DNA from: Chiloscyllium plagiosum
Lineage: Eukaryota
NCBI RefSeq assembly: GCF_004010195.1
Contig: NC_057756.1
Location: forward strand, 343,805 to 407,804
DNA length: 64,000 bases
Reading direction: 5' to 3'
Below, piece after piece: positions 37,236 to 49,049 of this stretch; position 1 is the stretch's first letter; each line of letters starts with the position of its first letter. The position numbers were made by a program, and so were the translations under genes. The notes beneath the pieces were generated by a model, which saw nothing but the letters and a program-made list of their open reading frames with translations, was not told the origin of the DNA and searched no databases.

Positions 37236-37945
37236 ACGTTGCCAGATCAATTGCTGAGCCCATTTAACCAACTGAACCACTTTAGGGCAACCTCATGGTC
37301 ATTCCTCATCACCCAATGTTTTGTTTAGACCTTGATTTTTAAAGAAATATTGCAATATTTCATGCTCCCTGTAATCTCAAATATAATTTGTCAATTTATG
37401 CTTGTCTAACTTTAAAGCCTGCTCCTAAATATACATTTAGGAATCTTACTTGTAAATTCACTATAATTACCGGTTTTAGTCCCTTGATTTAAATCCAAAA
37501 TCAGTTTTCTTAAGTAGTCCTGACCAGTCATTGCTCAATTACAATGCTATAGATTGTTAAAAAAAGTTCTAATGCATGAATAATGGCCGAATCCAAGGTC
37601 ACTGATTTTAACCATAGGATATTTTTTTTGATTTATTACAATCTAATGTTGTACTGAAACTTCAACTGTCCTCCATAAATCGCTTTTATGTAAGGATAAA
37701 AGAGATTAGCTAGAAACTGAGAGTAAGGCAGTTATGACCTGTAAAAAGAGCAGGAGTTAACATTTTATTTCATAATCCGTAAAATTCTTAACCTTAAAAG
37801 AAATCATGTTAAAATTTCCATAATAGAAATCAGATTCAAAACAGTCCCGACTCTCAAGCTCCAGGGAACATTCATTCACCAACAAACAAATGTGCATTCA
37901 GACTGAATCACAAAGGGTTAAACTCTCTACTTGCTGTACAGCTCT

Positions 37946-37949
<4 letters not shown>

Positions 37950-37988
<39 letters not shown>

Positions 37989-37996
37989 TTACAGTT

Positions 37997-38042
<46 letters not shown>

Positions 38043-38050
38043 TACACAGA
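37950..38050. repeat. (CT)n and (CA)n microsatellites inside the ERV
   Basis: Two CT runs (about 37950-37983 and 38002-38031) followed by CA repeats. Confidence 0.95.
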
Positions 38051-38229
38051 CACCATGTCTCACAGACACTTTGAGTTTCCAGCAACAACTCCTCTAGCTT
38101 TTGAATATTTTTCTGGATGTCTGGCCATAAGTTAGTTACGAAGTGCACCCTCAGTAGCCCTTCAGCTACTAGCCCTTCTGACACGAAGCATAATCTGATT
38201 CCTCCTGATTGTAAAGCTGTTTTTAATTG

Positions 38230-38382
38230 ACATTTTATCATTTTTGTATTCTTTCCTCACGTCCGAGGATTGTACTTCCAGTCTCGTAACATTTTTCCTA
38301 AAGGACTGTCCGTTGGAATGCGGTCCTCAGACATCCCTTTACTTTCTCCTGACACACTTACATCACTAATATTATTCCCAAT
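38230..38382 (-). pseudogene. gag: ERV gag matrix N-terminal remnant
   Basis: (ATT)GNNISDVS..IPTDSPLGKMLRDWKYNPRT*GKNTKMIKC. The IPxDSPLG motif follows a Gly-Asn start whose ATG appears mutated. Confidence 0.7.
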
Positions 38383-38629
38383 TTCAATACTCGGCCATTT
38401 CTTTATGTAATTTAGTTAACCTTACTGAGGTTCGGTGTCACCTTCTTCAGCACCCACTTCAGGGTCCTGACCTTCGCGTGGGGGATTTCCCCTCTTAAGA
38501 ACCGGTCTCAAGCTGGGAGGTTGAATCAGGAAGAAACCTCACTCTTCAAATTAAATACCTTAATTTATGTGTTGCCAATTCCCCGTACGTTTCGTACGTG
38601 CCTGACCACCTAAGTTAATACTTAAAGGT

Positions 38630-39440
38630 CCCTTTTCATACCTTGGTCTGTGCACAAGAGTTACCTGATCGAATTCGCGTGTCCTTATCCCGCGGCAATA
38701 CCCGGTCGCCTACCCGACCGAACTTTCTGCTGCGTGTCAGCGCGCCCTGTTCTGCGGGCAATACCTGGCAACCAGTACCGTTGCCAACCCCGGTCGCTTA
38801 CCCGACCGAACTTCCTGCACATGTTTGTGCGCCCTGTCCTGCAGCAATTTCCCGGATATATCCACCTGGCAACCGTGACAACTGCTACCTACCCTGGTTG
38901 ATCGGGTTCGCCTAATCCGGTCGCCCAGAACCCTGGTTCCCCGGATCCCTGGATATATCCAACTGGCACCGGATAAGTGGACACATCCACAAATACCGCT
39001 GCCAACCCCGGTCACCGGTTACCCTGATATATCCAACTGGCAGCAAATAATACTACCTACCCCGGTCACCGGCTACATGGACACACCCGGATGTATCCAC
39101 CTGGCAGCAACTACCGCTACCAACCCCGGTCGACCAGAACTCCGATTCCCCAGATCCCCGGATATATCCACCTGGCAGCAACTACCGTTGCCAGCCACCT
39201 GGATATATCCACCTAGCAACAGTATCAATGGCTACCCACCCTGGCTGACTGGATTAGCCTATTCCAGTCACCAGTACCCCGGTTCCCCGAACCGGGGAAT
39301 GACAGCAAATCTGAATATATCTGAATGACAGCAAATACCGCTGCCTAACCCGGTCGCCTGGTTAAATCTTTTAAGACCTTTCTTACCCGGGTCTTGTATA
39401 CACAAGAGTCACCCGAACGGACCCGCCGCGTCTCAACCTG
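38630..39440 (-). repeat. Repetitive CpG-rich ERV 5' leader
   Basis: Shuffled modules CCCGGTCRCC, GGATATATCCAMCTGGCA and TACCGYTGCCA. Confidence 0.85.
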
Positions 39441-39578
39441 TCTTGTTTCCAGGGTCTCTCAGTCCGGATCACGCTCGCCCAAAGCCGCTGCGGCAAAGAG
39501 GGAAACTAAAGATCGCTGAAATCAGCGAGGTGCACCTTCTTAGTTTTCCCAACAATTGCCGAGGAACCGGAGAATGCG

Positions 39579-39597
39579 ATCCCAGGACAAGCACCCA
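39579..39597 (-). promoter_or_regulatory. Primer-binding site, tRNA-Pro-like
   Basis: TGGGTGCTTGTCCTGGGAT versus the canonical Pro PBS TGGGGGCTCGTCCGGGAT (2 mismatches, 1 insertion), 4 nt after the LTR end. Confidence 0.75.
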
Positions 39598-39601
39598 AAT
39601 C

Positions 39602-40220
39602 TGTTAGAAACAAAATTTAGATGAGACCACCAAAACTGGAAACAAGATAATTTATTACGAACTTGCAAGCACGGGCCTCAATTGCATAAACAAATGAAGC
39701 AAATTAGAATTTAGGTTAGTGTCCAATTATACCCTTTGAGCTGAGTGAGGTCATCTCTCCAGACTCCTAATTACCCATTCTCTCTTACTATTTCACCTCT
39801 ACCCATCTATGCTCCACGCCCATTGCCCCTTTCTTTCCAAGTTGGCAATTTCCCCCTTGCACGTGCTGTCATAAGGCTAAACTCTTATCTCGATGTTCCC
39901 CTTTGTAACTTCTTCCATTATCCATAGGTACATTCCATTCTTGTACATACATCTTAACAATGTATCTTTTTCGTGCTTCGCTTATGTTTCAGTAATCTTA
40001 GCTTTTTGCTGAAACTGCTGTTTTAAACATTATGGTAAAAGGAATTATTTTATTTAATAAATCTACATTAAAGTTAGTACTTAATTATCCATAATTATGC
40101 ACTGAAAAGTAGAGATACTCTTCCCTAAATACCTGCAGGGTTAATAGTTCTCTTGCTGTACCCCTTTCCTGTTTGCTTTCTCTACATCTGCAAAAACAAC
40201 ACTTTACCCCATTTCTAACA
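39602..40220 (-). mobile_element. 5' LTR of the ERV (619 bp)
   Basis: Perfect 9 bp inverted ends TGTTAGAAA...TTTCTAACA. On the - strand, TATAA at about 39727-39731 and AATAAA at 39651-39656. Adjacent to the PBS. Confidence 0.9.
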
Positions 40221-40221
40221 G

Positions 40222-40650
40222 AAGTAATTCACCTCCTGACTCCTCAAGCCTTAATAACTATCTACAATATGCAAGTCAGGGGTATGATGGGATACTCCCC
40301 CTTGCCTGGCTGAGTGCAAGTCCAACAACACTCAAACAGCTTGACACCAAGCAGGACAAAACAGTCCGCTTGATTGGCACTACATCCACAAGCATCCACT
40401 CCTTCCATCCAGCAACAAGGGCTTATGTCCAAAACATTGATTCTCCTGGTCCTTGAATGCTGCCTGACCGGCTGTGCTTTTCCATCACCACACTGTCAAC
40501 ACTTTGCTATAGCAATGCATCCCATCCTCAGGCTACACTGCAGAAATTCACTAAAGATCCTCAGACAGCACCTTCCAAACTCCTGACCACTTCCATCTCG
40601 AAGGACAAGAACAGCAGACTCATGGGAAGTCCATCCGTTGCAAGTTCTGC
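40222..40650 (+). mobile_element. LINE 3' fragment of another family, at the ERV insertion site
   Basis: IYNMQVRGMMGYSPLAWLSASPTTLKQLDT remnant. Related - strand copies at about 11850-12080 and 13840-14215. Confidence 0.6.
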
Positions 40651-43600
40651 TTGGAGCTGTGAAATGGTTTTGAAGAGGGGAATAGCATCAGATTCCATAC
40701 AAATGCTTGATGCTATGCAGTGCACAGGAGCAACAGGTTAATCCACTTGTAAGACTGTCTATTTGAAACCAGAATAACAGGGAACAGGACTGTGAATCTG
40801 CAGGGTGCATTCCTTGGGACAGGAGCCATTAGGTGTGGTTGGAAGAGACAGGAGCATTTGCAAGAGATGAAAATGCTCTTGGATGTGTCTAGCACCTTCT
40901 GATTCCTATTTTCATCAAAGCTGACTTCAGCCTGTGCACAATACATACAACCCAACAACTGGACAGAAAAATGACTTTCAAGTTGTGACCAATGAAAGTT
41001 GGATCATAAAGTGGAAATGTGGGCTTAACTTGGACAGGTTGATGCACACTTGATGGGCAGAAGGACCTCTTCTGTGCTGAATGCATCCATGATTCAAAAA
41101 CTGTGACTCTCTGTTTACTGAAGTTACTTGTATTATGAGGAATGTTGGGCCCCTTTGCCTCTTTATGAACTATTGTCAACTCAATAACTAGACCATACCT
41201 GATTGAAAACTAATCCTTGGAATTAGAGACATCCTGGACAAGCGAATTAAGTATACATGGGTTATTCCACTCTGGATTAGGGGAAAACCTACCACTGAGG
41301 CTCCATTGCAGAAGGAAATTTACCAGTAACCAACGTCCACCTTCTTCATTAAGAAGGTGGTTTGGCTATGGAGGATCTTGAGCAAGTCCTGAGATGCTTT
41401 CAGGAATTAGGAATTAAGCAAAATACGTGCAAGTCTCGCAGTGCACTGTACAAGATTTGAAGAGATCTAGCCAAATTGTATCGGTTTTGTTCCCAGTTCT
41501 GGCTGCCTCACTTTTGGAAACATTGCAGACATAGCAGTAATCATTAAAACATAAATGGTCAGGATGACAAACTTCATTAATGCAGATAGATCAGAGAAGG
41601 TAAGATTGTTCTTCTTGGAGGAAAGATGTTAAGGAGCAGAGTTGATAACGTGTTCAAAATCATGAGGGATCAGACAGAGTAGATCTGGAGAATGTGTTTT
41701 CTTGATGGAGGATGGATTAAGAGGAAGTGGTCACACACTGAAGATGATTTGAAAGAAGCAATTGAGACATGAGGAAATTCTTATTCATGCAGCCAGTGAT
41801 TGGGATGTGGCATCAATGGTTTGACACTGTCGTGGAGGCAGGTTGAATCAAGTCATTCTGTTAGGAAGTCGATTATTCCCTGAATACACTTCTTTAAGGG
41901 GAGAAGGAGGAGAATGACACCAGATGTAGGAATCCTTCAGCACGCCAGCACTGACATGATGGGCCACATGGATGTATCATTGGGAGAGGTGGACACACTG
42001 CATAAAATGATTCTCTTTAGATAGCCCTGTTCCTCACCAGGCGATATAGACTTTGCACAGTAACACTAACTAGAGTCCAGTGGCTTCTTGGAAGGGGTAT
42101 TAAAGGACATATGTCAATCACAGTGAGACTCCACATTGTCGAGATTGATGCAAGATGTAGAGTTTGACTTCTTACCAAGTGACTTGCTCCCTTGTACATC
42201 TACACAGGCTCCCAATCTACAATGAAAAACAGTGTTAACCTCTGACAGTGTAAACACAAATTGCACACTGGAAACTATTCAACATGCACAGTTCACTGGC
42301 AAATGCCCACACAGCGGACAGGGAAAACTGTAGCACACTCACATAGTCCATACTGGGAGGACCAGGCACTGGAGATGTGAACATGCTGTTCAGAATGTGA
42401 ATCTGCGCAAGGAGAGACACATTATGGTATCTGGACTTTAGGGGTTAAGGTATGATGGAGATTATACAAATTGCACCTCTTAGCTATAAATTTTGAAGGA
42501 TAAAGGGTAACCTGATCACTGTTGTCATAATATTAACTGGTAGATCAAGGTAAGATTGTTCAATTGTTTGGAGATTCTAGAGAATTTAGTTTGAGAATTA
42601 GGCTCAGGACTGTTCAGGGGAGACGTTAGGAAGCACTTCCCCACACCAAGAGTTGTAGATGTTTGAAACAGTGGATGTTAATTTCACATCTAAGGCACAT
42701 AAACTTTTGTTCAGTCAAAGTATTAAGGGAGATGGGTCAAAGACAGGTATATAGAGTTCGGCTACAGAACATTCATAATCTCATTGAACGGTGGAACAGG
42801 CTTGAGGGACTGAATGGTTTCCTTATATTCCTATGCTCCTACATTCCTATCATTGCCACGCTGACTACCTAGTGATCGAGGTCTCACACACAATATAAGG
42901 AAGAATGTGTGCCACCCTGCACATCTTCATGGGGAGACACTGATATTGTCCAGTCAAATTCTTACAGCCAAGCCCCATCCTTCACTGGGACAGAGCCTTG
43001 TTCCACACAGAAACATGATTCAGGACTGTGTAACGCATATGTAACAAATGAGATCTTTGTGCAAGGCATTGTGCTGCAGGGTCCAACATGTCATTGCGGA
43101 AAACATAAAGAAATGTTCTTGGAACACATTTCTGACTGAATTCTCAACGGGAGGAAAATATTCTTTGCACAGGGTCACCTTATACACTGTCTGACTCATC
43201 AATGTGAGAGTCACTGACTGTATCTTTGGTTTGGCAAGGCTGACTCCTCAGTGGGAGTCACGTATTCTGTAATCTTGGAGTACCTCTTACAGAGGTAGAC
43301 CTGAATATGAGGGACATACTCCTTAGTGGGCATGATTCTTATTGCATACATTACTGATTCGGACTCTGCAAATTGTGGAAACATCCTGGCACAGGGTAAA
43401 CTTGTTATAGAACTCGTCACAACACCGAGAGGGGCACGTATTTTATGCAGCGACACACAGTCCACTGTCGAAGTCTTCTCATTGAGAGCTGGGTAAAGGT
43501 GAAGCCAGTTCATAGGACTGCTCTCTCATATTAGAGAGACGATTGTTGGTGGTTTAACCTGTGGGATCACACCACAGGAGAGGAGAGCGGTTGAGAAAAA

Positions 43601-43853
43601 CAGTCCTTTATGGTAACCTCAGCCAATGCTGGAGTTGATGGAATGCACTGATACAGTTTTTAGGTGACTCAGCCAACTGGCAGAGACAGAGGAATTTTGC
43701 AGACAAAGTTACAAGCCAGAGTTGGCATAATGCCACGATCCGATTGATGATCACAGGCCTCCGTACAGTGAATACACTTTCCTGACTGTGGGGAGAGTTG
43801 GTCTTAGAATATGAAGTGGGATTGGATTCCAGTGTTTGAAATCACAGCTATCT

Positions 43854-44758
43854 CTATGATTTAACTGAGTTGAGAAGGAAGTTGAATGGATATTTTAGTG
43901 CATTCTTCATTTCCTCTCTGAATTTCGTTTGGGTTACTGCGTAAATACATGTGTTGGTGCAGGTGCTGAGAATCTGAAGCATTTCTCCAACAGATTCAAA
44001 GATGTTTTTTGTATGTGTTTGGGAGGAATGATAATGATCAGGAGCAATTCGCTGATAAAGATTAAACACAACATATATCATCCATAACAGTATGAAACTG
44101 CCAGATAAACTGAAGAGTAAAATGATGGATTTTCTCCGGTTCACTATCTCTGGGTCCTTGTGATTTCTTCTACTGCTGATACCCCGCAGTGCTGTGCGGA
44201 CTCGACTGGTCACTAAAATATATCTGACTGTTAGAATGTTAAGCAGCAGAATCAGAACAAATGGGAGACATGGAGTTAAAATCAGGTGAAGCAGTTCATA
44301 TCCAGCCCACAGTGGGGAAGTGTAGAAGCTTGGTTTTGAATCACAATACCAAGGAACATTATCAATGGTATATTCAGGTTCATATGTAAAATACCAAGGC
44401 ATTGTCTCTAAACCGCTCAGCGCACTCACTATTCCTAGAACCACACCTGCTGTTTTCTGGGTGCAATATTTTGTTTTCAGCTTCTGACAACAAATGGCCA
44501 CAAATCGATCGAAGGTAAAAGCGACTGTGAGCCAAACAGAGGCACCTGTAGTTGTAAACATCAGGGTGAGAATCAGGCTACACACTGGAGTAATGTCTAG
44601 GAATGAATCTGGAAAATAGTTTGGAATAGTCCAGTTCAATATAACATCAAAAATAACAACCAGAAGATCAGCCACTGCCATTCCCACGAGATAGTGAGTG
44701 ATACATTTAGAGAGGCCACAGTTTCCTCGACTCAGGATGACAATTGCAACCAGGTTAA
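43854..44758 (-). CDS. Orphan class A GPCR, GPR139/GPR142-like, exon 2
   Basis: Acceptor TTCCTTCTCTTCCAG| and an open frame containing NLVAIVIL, MAVADLL, FTFDRFVAIC, PCLPFVLILLLN, RRKSIILL and STCTNTCIY, with the remaining TM helices. Ends in TAG. Confidence 0.95.
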
Positions 44759-46109
44759 CTGGAAGAGAAGGAAATAAATTCAATAAATTCAAGATTTAAT
44801 AAATTTTCTAATAAATTCAGCAGTTTGATAGGGTTAAAGATGAAACCTTTAGCATTGTTGCCTCAACAAACAATGAAAACATGTTGAAAAACACAATCAG
44901 AAATTGGTGAAAAATTTACCAAGTCTGGCAACATCTGTGGAGAGGATGCTAAGTTGAAAAACAGTTATAAATGATTCATTGGCAAATCAATGGAGAAATT
45001 GCTTGAAGATCCACTAAAAGTGTCGAGTGAAGGTACTGCAGGAAAACTGGTTGATGAGCTTTGTTGAATGGAAATCTGATGTTTTAACATGTGATTTAAA
45101 CTCTCGAATGATGCTGCAGGTGGATTAGGGTTTTGAGAAACACACATGCTTTGTTATTCTGGGTTAAGAGAGTTTCCAGAGGCTAAATAAAAACAGAAAA
45201 GGGAAATTGCTGAATTTGAAACAACCAGCCCAAAACTGCACCAGTAAGAGCAAATGTGAGGGAGAGAAAAAATGGTCTGGTGAAAGGCAAAAGTGGAAAA
45301 CGTTCAAATTGAAGTAACAGTCCAACAGAAATTTTAATGCAGTTTTAAAGTTCTGCTGAGACTCCACTGTTTTGAGGCAATGTAGTCGAATACAACCACA
45401 CTTTCTGTGCATTTACTACCTCTTTGGATACATCATGTGTTTGACCAGTTTGCACTGTACTGTCTTTTATGATTTAATTTTAAAAAATTAAAATTAAATT
45501 TTAATTAAATAAACAATTTCTTTGTTGAATGCATTGCTTTAAGTGAAGAATGTCCAAATAACATATTTAATACACAAGTAAAAGGAGCCTCACCCAAACT
45601 CTGCTCCTGATCATGAAAAACCATCCCAAATAAAATAAATCTCGAAAATTTTGAAAATCGCTTCTTTCTATCATGATTTCACTTTTCATTAATCATAATC
45701 ATACTGGAAATGTTGCAATTTCAGTCGGTCATTATTTTGCTGTTGGTAATATTGCTCATCTCAGACCTGAAAGTAAAACCTTAACTTGATAGATCACATG
45801 ATTTATATTTGAAGTTTTATTTACTGTGGTGGTTGGTTACAGAAAATTTGTTTTTGAGATTGCAGAATTCTTTACCAAAATAATGCATGTAGTAAACATA
45901 TGTCCCAGATTCCTTTTCAGCTCTGAAAGCCGATATCTCTCAGGAATTGGGATATTTTACCAGTTAACAAACTTATTATCTTCTTGGATGAAACTGTCCT
46001 CCTGAACTGATATCATGTTTTGCTGAAATCAAACTACCAGAGACTCCAACTATTTCCTTTTATTCTGTTTGTTATAGAAAAGTAGAGTAGCCATAGAGCT
46101 ATCAGATTA

Positions 46110-46290
46110 TGAGTCTGCTCTCTCATTAGACAGAGAGATGACTGGTGGTGGTTTAACCAGAGGCCCACTACGCCTCAGTCGAACAGAGAGGTTGAGAAGG
46201 AATCTCAGATAGTGCAGAAATTGAACTCATGGTATTTGTATCACTCTGCATCGCAAACCAGGTATCCAGCCAACTGAGCTGACAAACCCC
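46110..46290 (-). mobile_element. Older tRNA-derived SINE (second copy at about 43512-43680)
   Basis: Both copies share CTGCTCTCTCAT..AGAGA..GGTGGTTTAACC..GGTTGAGAA. On the - strand the head reads CAGCTCAGTTGGCTGG (A-box-like). Confidence 0.6.
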
Positions 46291-47504
46291 AAAGTCATAA
46301 ACATCAATGCAGTAAATAGTTTGGCAATTAACTTCATTGTGTCTTGTGAGACACTCAGCCGAAGTCTTAATACTTTTGGGAAAAATATATTTATTTCACT
46401 TTTCCAAATGACATTCTGACCTTTAAAGAAAATGAACGTCTCAGAACAAGGCCAAAAGTTTATTGTGCTGTTACTTTAAATTCAAATTTCCCAATGACGC
46501 TTGCATTTTATAAACACTTAACGCAATTCTGTTGTACTATTAATCCTGCTAGAGCTCTTTCACTCCTTCTATCTGCTTTCCCGTCTACTCCTCCCTTACA
46601 CTTAACCTGTTATAACTATTTCTTTGTTGCTCCTTGCTGTATCCGCTTCAACTGTTATTCAGTACTTCAAGCTGTCTTTATACAAATCCAAGTTATTGTT
46701 AATACCCTGTGTTTACATGTGTCCTCTAGCTCCGTGTTCACTGCTTCTATTCTCAGGGTCAGTTTGTTCAATGGTATAGCCTCTGTGAAATCTGAATGTT
46801 GCTACATATCACTCCAGACTCCACTTGTTCTCCGACATCATCTACAACATGGTTTGGATATATTTGAATGTCTCCTCCAGATACACCTCAGAAGAATGGA
46901 ATCCCTGTAGTATTGAAATGAAATGCAAGATGGTGCTGTTGATCAATAAATGATACACCAACATCACCACTGCCATTTATACATATGTCAACTCATTTAT
47001 AATATCCAGCAGATGTGTTGCAAACTGATGCAACATCCCAAAAAATGGAGTTCAAAGTTGTCACAGAACAAAAAGCAAGTAGTGAAGGAACAAACTATTT
47101 GCCCAGTGTTGGTGTTAACGGCAGAACAAAGGTCAGCTCTGACTGATGACAACAGAATAAAACCAAGATAAACACAGAAGGATGAAGGATCGTGAAAGAT
47201 GCTAACTTATAGTCTGAAGGATCAACAGCTTCTAATAGTCTTGATCATTCTGTTGGCATAGATATCTGATTCTAACACATCCAGAAGAGAGAATAATCCA
47301 GTAAGTAACTGCTCTAGGATCAGATAAACAATAATTATTACAAATATGAGACAGATACTGCAAGGACAGAAACTAAGGAGATTCCGCAGGAGTGACAGAC
47401 AAAAAAACACACACACACACATAGACACAAAACAGTCTGAAATAATTCAGCAGAAAATAAAATCACACTGACTTAAAACAGTGATAGTTGTGATAACAAC
47501 TTGC

Positions 47505-47574
47505 CAGTAATTCCAACAACTGCACACACAGGGAAGTAAATAGCCTGTATCCAAATGAAGACGAAATATCCCAT
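47505..47574 (-). CDS. GPR139-like GPCR exon 1
   Basis: GAAATGG start, MGYFVFIWIQAIYFPVCAVVGIT, then a phase-1 donor G|GCAAGT. Supplies the first half of TM1. 70+905 nt = 324 aa plus stop. Confidence 0.85.
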
Positions 47575-47640
47575 TTCTGTGAGAAGCAGCTCCTGTTGTT
47601 CTGGGAGCCCATTCCATTGGCATGCACTCTATTTTAATCG

Positions 47641-47646
47641 TTTATA
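47641..47646 (-). promoter_or_regulatory. Candidate TATA box of the GPCR gene
   Basis: TATAAA about 70 bp upstream of the ATG at 47574. Confidence 0.55.
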
Positions 47647-47914
47647 ATGGGCCCTGCTTCAGACAGGGGATAGCTCTTCACTGACATGGTTATACCCCTG
47701 AGCATTGTTATTAGTTCCATTCACTTGAACAAACAGCTCAGATTTAATATCATAACTTGCTAGATACAATGTAGACACTTCAATGGCGATGACACAATGC
47801 CTAATTAAACACGTCTTGGGAATAAACTCAAATGTTGTGTTCTTAAGGGAGTAGTTTCACTCACAGTTTTATGTCAACTTATTTACCATGTTCACTTCTG
47901 TGCATTCCATTCTG

Positions 47915-48390
47915 AATAAGACCATAAGATATAGGAGTGGAAGTAAGGCCATTCGGCCCATTGAGTCCATTTTGCCATGCAATCATGGCTGATGCGCATT
48001 TCAACGCCACTTACCTGCACTCTCCCCGTATCCCTTAACCCCTTGCGAGATTAAGAATTTATCAATTTCTGCCTTGAAGACATTTAATGTCCCGGCCTCC
48101 ACTGCTCTCCATGGCAATGAATTCCATAGGCCCACCACTCTCTGGCTGAAGAAATGTCTACTCATTTCCGTTTTAAATTGACCCCCTCTAATTCTAAGGC
48201 TGTGCCCACGGATCTTAGTAGCCCCGCCTGATGGAAACAAATTCCCAGCGTCGACCCTTTCTAAGCCATGCATTGTCTTGTAAGTTTCTATCAGATCTCC
48301 CCTCAACCTTTTAAACTCTAATGAACACAATCCCAGGATCCTCAGCAGTTCACCATATGTTAGGCCTGCCATTCCAGGGATCATCCATGT
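47915..48390 (-). mobile_element. CR1 LINE 3' end
   Basis: LRGDLIETYK..RGHSLRI..FFSQRVVGLWNSLP, an open 127 aa remnant plus 3' UTR. Confidence 0.92.
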
Positions 48391-49049
48391 GACTGTTCCT
48401 CATTTCTCTGCAGTTTCTCTGAATCAGGGGACACAAGCAAATGCATTTCACTTTGGCACTGCTGTTTTCCCAGTTAAGATATGAACTTTGATTCTCCAAT
48501 CCTGTGAAGTTAGGCACCATGGGCATGATTATTGCAGGTGATATGAGGGTGTGGAGAATTAATGAGTTTCAATTACATTCCTCTTTTCACTCTAACACCA
48601 GACATGTTTCATTATTTGCTCACTATGTTGAACGTAGGAATAGGAATAGGCCATTCAGCCCCTCAATCTTTTTATGGTATCCAAAGAGATCATGGCTAAT
48701 CTGTGGCCTAACTCTACATGCCTCTGGCATTTGTCCCTAATCCCTTGATACTTTATGCTTCACAAAGGCAGTATCTCTGGCCTATGTAAAATGGACAACT
48801 AATCCTGCATCATCAATTGCCACTTGTGGAAGAGAGTTCCAAATGTCTCCCAAACATTGTGTATCGAAGTGCTTCCTAACATCTCTTCTGAATGTTCTGG
48901 CCCTAATTCTGAGACTATTCTCCCAAGTTCTAGAATCTCAATTCATGCAAATAGTTTATCTTTATCAACCTTGTCTTTCCTTGTTAAAATTTTAGGTCAG
49001 ATGATAAAGCCTTCAAGTAAAATTACAACTAATCCCCTCCAAACATTTC

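Larger units (their letters stand above)
34300..40220 (-). mobile_element. Defective class I (gamma-like, HERV-I/IP-related) endogenous retrovirus, internally deleted, 3' LTR absent
   Basis: Order on the - strand is LTR, PBS, leader, gag, pro, RNase H x2, integrase C-half and an env-like start. See the sub-features. The left boundary is approximate. Confidence 0.9.

Noticed and set aside
38643..39328. Pro-rich ORFs in the ERV leader
   Set aside because: By-products of the GC-rich repeats, mostly antisense to the provirus.
44759..44792. ORF-track start MNLLNLFPSLP for a single-exon 312 aa GPCR
   Set aside because: This is intronic polypyrimidine tract with a non-ATG start. The acceptor at 44759-44760 and exon 1 at 47505-47574 complete TM1.
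46494..46910. 138 aa ORF in the GPCR intron
   Set aside because: No recognisable motif or splice support. Probably decayed repeat.
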